Source: Sphingobium sp. (GTDB lineage: Bacteria; Pseudomonadota; Alphaproteobacteria; Sphingomonadales; Sphingomonadaceae). From it: DNA of 64,000 nt. Location: the NCBI GenBank assembly GCA_965279415.1, contig OZ257238.1, positions 502,925-566,924 of the forward strand, written 5' to 3'. Below, in pieces: positions 59,428 through 64,000 of the stretch. The notes under the pieces are model-generated. The model was not told the origin of the DNA, searched no databases, and saw only the letters and a list, made by a program, of their open reading frames with translations. Position 1 is the first letter of the stretch, and every line of letters begins with the position of its first letter. The position numbers were made by a program, and so were the translations under genes.

Positions 59428-59793
59428 ATGAATACGTTAGAATTGCGGAAAGAGTCTCGCAGGCAAGGCCGATTGGAACGGCTTGGCACTAATGATCCAA
59501 ATTGCGGCCTGTGTGGCGAGCATGATGACCGTTGCTTGGAACTGCATCATGTGGCCGACTATCGGCGCGATGACGGCACGGTAGTTATATGCCGGAACTG
59601 CCATCGTAAGGTGAGCGACGATCAGAAGGATCATCCCCGCTTTGATCCCGCTGCCGACCCGATGCTGGATCGTATCGGCCATTTCCTGTTGGGCTTGGCA
59701 GACCTGCTGCGCCTCATCGTCGAGAAGCTGATGGTCTTTGGTCATTGTCTGATCGAACGCGCCGCGCCCTCCAGCAAGGGAGAGGTGGCATGA
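59428..59793 (+). CDS. HNH endonuclease
   Basis: ATG 59428 with SD AAAGGAGA. The motif is CGLCGE...LELHHV...VVICRNCHRKV (CxxC..HH..CxxCH zinc/HNH pattern). Confidence 0.75.
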   Translation: MNTLELRKESRRQGRLERLGTNDPNCGLCGEHDDRCLELHHVADYRRDDGTVVICRNCHRKVSDDQKDHPRFDPAADPMLDRIGHFLLGLADLLRLIVEKLMVFGHCLIERAAPSSKGEVA

Positions 59794-62700
59794 CATATAT
59801 CCCGCCGATCACCGATCATCTGGCCGTCGCGATCCGGGCATTTACCGGACCACAGTTCACGGTCCTTGCTGATCCAAATGATAATAAACCCAAGTCGAAA
59901 AAAGCGATAGCGCCAGCGTCAGACTGGACGCTCGTTTTCGATACCGAGACGACAGCCGATGCCGCCCAAGCATTGCGGTTCGGCACCTATCAGTTTCGCA
60001 ATAAGGATGCGTTGGAAGAGGCAGGCATATTCTATGATCCCGATGGCGTGACCCCAACGGAACTGGAATGCCTGACAGCCTACGCCGATACCCATGGCCT
60101 ATGCCTGCGAACGCGGCAGAGTTTCGTGGACGATGTATTCTTTGCCCGCGCCTATCAACTTCGGGCAACGATTATCGGCTTCAATCTGCCCTTCGACATT
60201 TCGCGCCTCGCCGTCAGCCACGGAACGGCACGAACGCCGATTGCGGATGAGACGGGCACCTTGCGCGGCGGCTTCACCTTCAAGCTGTCGGAACAGAAAA
60301 TCTATCCCAACATTCGCGTCAAACATATGTCGCGGCGGGCGGCGCTGATTTCCTTTGCCGCCACGATGGGACAGCGTGACAGTCGCGGCCAACGCAACCG
60401 GGGCTTCAAAAGCCCGGTTCGGCGCGGCCATTTCATCGACGTAAAAACATTGGCCGGGGCGCTCTTTGCGCGCAGTTTCTCGCTGGCCAGCCTGTGCCGC
60501 TTTCTCAACGTCGAGCATCCCAAGCTGGACTTTGAGGATTTCGCAGCGCCGATCAGCGATGACATGATCCGCTATGCCGTTGCAGACGTGCAGGCGACAT
60601 GGGAATGCTACCGGGCAGCGCTGGCGCGTTTCGATCAGCTTGGTTTGCGCCAAGCCAAGCCCGAAAAAATCTACAGCGAAGCCAGCATCGGCAAAGCCTA
60701 TATCAAGGCGATGGGCATTCAGCCTTGGCGCACGATGCAACCGGATTTCCCACGCGATGTGCTGGCCAAGATCATGGGCAGCTATTTCGGCGGACGTTCG
60801 GAAGTTCGCATTCGTCGGGAAATGCGGCAAGTCATGCTCTGCGATTTCCTGTCCATGTATCCGACCGTCTGCACGTTGATGGGGCTTTGGCGCTTCGTCA
60901 TTGCTACGGGGATGACATGGCGAGATTCTACCGACGAAACCCGCTCGTTTCTGGACAGCATCGACTTGGCGACGTTGCAATCGCAGGATGTCTGGCAACA
61001 TCTGACTACGCTTGTTCGGGTGCTATCTGATTGGGACATTTTCCCTGTTCGTGCCGACTATGCGGAAAAGGGGCAGAACACGATTGGCGCAAATGCCCTG
61101 ACATCGGATACGCCATTGTGGTTCACTCTGGCGGATTGCATCGCATCCAAATTGCTGACGGGCAAGACGCCCCAAGTCATAGAAACGATCAGCTTCACGC
61201 CGGGGTCGCTGCAACCCAATCTTGAAGCCATCAATATCAGTGGCAATCCGGCCTATCGCGTCGATCCGAACGAAACGGATTTCTTCAAGCGCGTCATCGA
61301 ATTGCGTCAGACAATCAAACAAAAGCGCGATGCTGCTGATCCACAAGAACGCGATGTGCTGGACATCGAACAGAACGCCCTCAAAATTGCGGCCAATGCG
61401 ACCAGCTACGGCATATGGGTGGAAGTGAATGTTGATGTCCGGCCCACGCCATCCTCCGTGACGGTGCATAGTTCTACTTGTGATCCGTTCAGTTTCCAGA
61501 CCGACAAGCGGGAAAATCCCGGCACCTATTTTCATCCCTTGCTGGCCACGCTGATAACCGGCGCTGCTCGGTTGATGCTAGCGATCACCGAACGGCTTGT
61601 GACCGACGCAGGGCTGGATTGGACCTTTTGCGATACGGACAGCATGGCGATGGCCAAGCCCGACACGATGTCACCAGACGAGTTTGCGGAAAAAGCCAAT
61701 GCTGTCGTTACGTGGTTTGCGGCGCTCAATCCTTATGCGTTCGATGCGTCGATCCTGAAAATCGAGGATGTGAACTATGCCCTCGCATCGAACGAACCTG
61801 AACCGCTTTACTGTTGGGCCATTTCGTCCAAGCGATATGCGCTGTTCAATCTGGACGCCAATGGGCAACCCATCATGCGCAAGGTATCTGCGCATGGCTT
61901 GGGGCATTATCTGCCGCCCTATGACGATGCCGACGCGCCACCGGATTTTCCGGTGCCTGACAAGTCCGTCCTGAAAGATGGCACGTTACGCTGGCATTGC
62001 GACCTGTGGCATCAAATCGTCACCGCTGCGATAGCCGGGTATCCCGATCAGGTGGCACGAAACTATCATCCGGCGATGAGCCAACCGGCGCGCAGTCGTT
62101 ATGCCGCGACCTCTCCGGACCTGTTGCGATGGTTCAAATCCTACAACGTCAATCGGTCTTATCGCGATCAGGTCAAGCCCTTCGGCTTCATGCTGGCGTT
62201 TAGCGAACAGCAGAATCATGCAGCGGAAAGTGTCGTTACCTCGGCAAAGAAGGGGAGGCCAAAAAAGGCTACCGCGATCAAGCCGATTGCACCCTTCGAG
62301 AGGGACAGCGCGAAAGCCGCTGCAATGGCTTTTGATCGGGTGACGGGAAAAGCTGTTCCAGCTTCAAGCCTGCGCACTTATGCCGATGCGCTTTTCCAAT
62401 ATCATATCTCGCCAGAAGCCAAATTCCTGAATGGCGATTATCTGGACAAGGGCATCACGCAGCGGCGGCATGTGTATATGGCAAACGTCCACCACATCGG
62501 GAAGGAGGCGCATGATTGGGAGCGCCACGCCATGCTGGGGACAAGTGCCGATGGTGAAATCAGCTATGGCAATCGAACCAACATAATCGGGGCAGTGTCA
62601 GCACTGATCGTGGAATTTGGCCATGTGCCAACAGCCAAAGCGTTTGGGGTGTCATCACGGCAATTAACGGCGGCAGTGCGTGATGCGCCTGAAAGCGGCA

Positions 62701-62897
62701 AAAGTCGTATTGCGTCCAGTCTGACGGTCAGGCTTCCCAAGGTCGTCAAGACATTGCGGCAAGCGGCGGCGGCTAAACGAAAGGAAGTGCGGCACCTTCG
62801 TGCTTTGGTTGATAACTATGGGTTGCGGGAAGCTGCTCGCCAAGAGGGATTAGACCCGTCAAATCTGAGGCGTAGGATTGCGCAAAGAAAGCTGTGA
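59790..62897 (+). CDS. polB: Family-B DNA polymerase with 3'-5' exonuclease domain
   Basis: The start overlaps the HNH stop (ATGA). ExoI is VFDTET (59937..59954), ExoII GFNLPFDISRL, ExoIII YAVADVQ. Pol motif A is DFLSMYPT (60842..60865), B is KIAANATSYG (61383..61412), C is FCDTDSM (61626..61646), and KxY is SSKRYALF. Confidence 0.85.
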   Translation: MTYIPPITDHLAVAIRAFTGPQFTVLADPNDNKPKSKKAIAPASDWTLVFDTETTADAAQALRFGTYQFRNKDALEEAGIFYDPDGVTPTELECLTAYADTHGLCLRTRQSFVDDVFFARAYQLRATIIGFNLPFDISRLAVSHGTARTPIADETGTLRGGFTFKLSEQKIYPNIRVKHMSRRAALISFAATMGQRDSRGQRNRGFKSPVRRGHFIDVKTLAGALFARSFSLASLCRFLNVEHPKLDFEDFAAPISDDMIRYAVADVQATWECYRAALARFDQLGLRQAKPEKIYSEASIGKAYIKAMGIQPWRTMQPDFPRDVLAKIMGSYFGGRSEVRIRREMRQVMLCDFLSMYPTVCTLMGLWRFVIATGMTWRDSTDETRSFLDSIDLATLQSQDVWQHLTTLVRVLSDWDIFPVRADYAEKGQNTIGANALTSDTPLWFTLADCIASKLLTGKTPQVIETISFTPGSLQPNLEAINISGNPAYRVDPNETDFFKRVIELRQTIKQKRDAADPQERDVLDIEQNALKIAANATSYGIWVEVNVDVRPTPSSVTVHSSTCDPFSFQTDKRENPGTYFHPLLATLITGAARLMLAITERLVTDAGLDWTFCDTDSMAMAKPDTMSPDEFAEKANAVVTWFAALNPYAFDASILKIEDVNYALASNEPEPLYCWAISSKRYALFNLDANGQPIMRKVSAHGLGHYLPPYDDADAPPDFPVPDKSVLKDGTLRWHCDLWHQIVTAAIAGYPDQVARNYHPAMSQPARSRYAATSPDLLRWFKSYNVNRSYRDQVKPFGFMLAFSEQQNHAAESVVTSAKKGRPKKATAIKPIAPFERDSAKAAAMAFDRVTGKAVPASSLRTYADALFQYHISPEAKFLNGDYLDKGITQRRHVYMANVHHIGKEAHDWERHAMLGTSADGEISYGNRTNIIGAVSALIVEFGHVPTAKAFGVSSRQLTAAVRDAPESGKSRIASSLTVRLPKVVKTLRQAAAAKRKEVRHLRALVDNYGLREAARQEGLDPSNLRRRIAQRKL

Positions 62898-63067
62898 TCA
62901 GCTTACACGGTGTCCTTCATACGAACCTCCAAACCGGATGCATCTATATTTTGGTTGCTATCAAATTAATGCATTTTCGCACTATACAATCTATCAAAAT
63001 TGAAAATATAACAAAGCCTTACGGATTTCCTTTGTTTGCAGGGGAGCCGTGGAACGGGGGGCAATAT

Positions 63068-63844
63068 ATGGCAGATTTTTTACGGTTGTTGGCCGGTCAC
63101 ATCACCCGTCGAACCTATGCAGTAGGGGTTATGCTTCTGATCTCCAGTTGTGGCCAAGCGAGTGGGCAGAATTATCCGCCGTACCGCTATCGCCTCACCG
63201 TGGAAGTGGACACGCCGTCGGGTCTGCGGACTGGATCGAGTGTTATTGAGGTTCGTACTTTCGTTGCTGGGAAAAACGCTATTCCCAGTCCGGGTCAAGT
63301 GTTCCATCGTGTGACCGGAGAGGCTGTTGCTGTTGATCTGCCGGGCAATCAGAGGCTCTTTGCCTTGCTGCGTTCGGAAGAATCCTATGACTGGGCCTCC
63401 GGGGTTTTGGCGGCGCAGACAGAGCCTATTACAGTCAAGGAAACGCTCAGGATGCGGAAAGAGGGTAAAGACCCTTTTGACGAAAGGATGCGCCGCACGC
63501 TTACTTTGACCGGCGTGCATGTACTGCCCCGTTGGCAGCGTCCCTCCAAAGTCAAGGCACAAAATATGCACCGTATCAGCGGCTATCCTATTCTTGCCAG
63601 GTTTCGTGATATTCGCGATCCAAAGACAGTTGGGCTGGTTGATCCTGATAATCTTGACGTGAGTTTCGGGCAAGGCGTGTCGCTTCGGCGAATTACTGTC
63701 GAACGAACACAAGCCGCCGTGACAAAGAGCATTGACAGAAAGTTGCCTAGCTTTGGCCCAGAAACAGGCTTTAGCACTTGGCTAAAAAAATTGCCGTTCA
63801 GTGATGAACGCAGGCAAATAGTTGATAGCTTTAGGCGGAGATAA
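63068..63844 (+). CDS. Hypothetical lipoprotein (258 aa)
   Basis: ATG 63068 and the lipobox-like MLLISSCGQ. AT-rich. No family recognised. Confidence 0.5.
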   Translation: MADFLRLLAGHITRRTYAVGVMLLISSCGQASGQNYPPYRYRLTVEVDTPSGLRTGSSVIEVRTFVAGKNAIPSPGQVFHRVTGEAVAVDLPGNQRLFALLRSEESYDWASGVLAAQTEPITVKETLRMRKEGKDPFDERMRRTLTLTGVHVLPRWQRPSKVKAQNMHRISGYPILARFRDIRDPKTVGLVDPDNLDVSFGQGVSLRRITVERTQAAVTKSIDRKLPSFGPETGFSTWLKKLPFSDERRQIVDSFRRR

Positions 63845-63848
63845 AAAC

Positions 63849-64000
63849 ATGAACGACAATGTCATGCGAGCAATTCTCGCAATGGATTCTTATAACCGTA
63901 GCTATGGACAAGGAATAAACGGAATATCCGACTCTTCGATGGTTGGGAATGCATCTGTAATAAAAGATTCAAGCATATTTGAAATTGATGATCAAAGAAT
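63849..64000 (+). CDS. Hypothetical protein, N-terminal 50 aa only (continues beyond window)
   Basis: ATG 63849 lies 2 nt after the upstream stop codon. The frame is open to the window end (MNDNVMRAILAMDSYNRSYGQGING...) and very AT-rich. Confidence 0.4.
   Translation, partial: MNDNVMRAILAMDSYNRSYGQGINGISDSSMVGNASVIKDSSIFEIDDQR

Larger units (their letters stand above)
55140..64000. mobile_element. Casposon-like island (Cas1-solo + family-B DNA polymerase + HNH + HTH genes); right end beyond window
   Basis: There is an abrupt, sustained drop in GC after the host-type repeats at ~55135. The gene set is listed below. No CRISPR array, cas2 or integrase was seen. Termini were not determined. Confidence 0.6.

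Noticed and set aside
60099-61001. 300-aa minus-strand ORF inside polB
   Set aside because: It lies antisense to the region carrying ExoII-III and pol motif A, and has no motif of its own.
55140-64000. Search for a CRISPR array or cas2 next to the cas1 homologue
   Set aside because: No series of 25-40-bp direct repeats with unique spacers was seen on either side within the window, and no small Cas2-like ORF. The cas1 is therefore treated as stand-alone, although the region beyond 64000 is unseen.

Overview
The window looks like a high-GC alphaproteobacterial chromosome segment. Gene content, synteny and the intergenic palindromes suggest a Sphingomonadales-type genome; this is an inference made without any database search. 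From 1 to about 55.1 kb it is mostly core genes:
- pdxA-rsmA, guaB, a TonB-dependent receptor, and an SPFH/NfeD pair.
- pckA divergent from chvI-chvG-hprK-rapZ-EIIA(Man)-HPr.
- nhaA, a MATE exporter, valS-popZ-tolC-pcm, and tRNA-Cys.
- A five-gene MarR/FUSC/DUF1656/HlyD/NodT efflux operon.
- A LOV histidine kinase with a receiver protein.
- tetR-ahpC-ahpF.
- A GGDEF-EAL / cupredoxin / DUF3034 / truncated-haemoglobin cluster.
Several families of REP/MITE-like palindromes sit between genes, and one sits in frame inside valS. An rsmB-like methyltransferase gene is frameshifted. Two decayed integrase fragments lie just 3' of tRNA-Cys.
The main finding is the last ~9 kb, from ~55.14 kb to the window end. 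It is an AT-richer foreign island. Its core is a stand-alone Cas1 homologue plus a family-B DNA polymerase (all exonuclease and polymerase motifs readable), a translationally coupled HNH nuclease and HTH genes. No CRISPR array, cas2 or effector genes occur anywhere in the 64 kb. That gene set is the signature of a casposon-like self-synthesising mobile element. Its right end lies beyond the window, so termini and target-site duplication could not be established. All GC statements are by-eye estimates. All family assignments rest on motifs read from the translations, not on searches.
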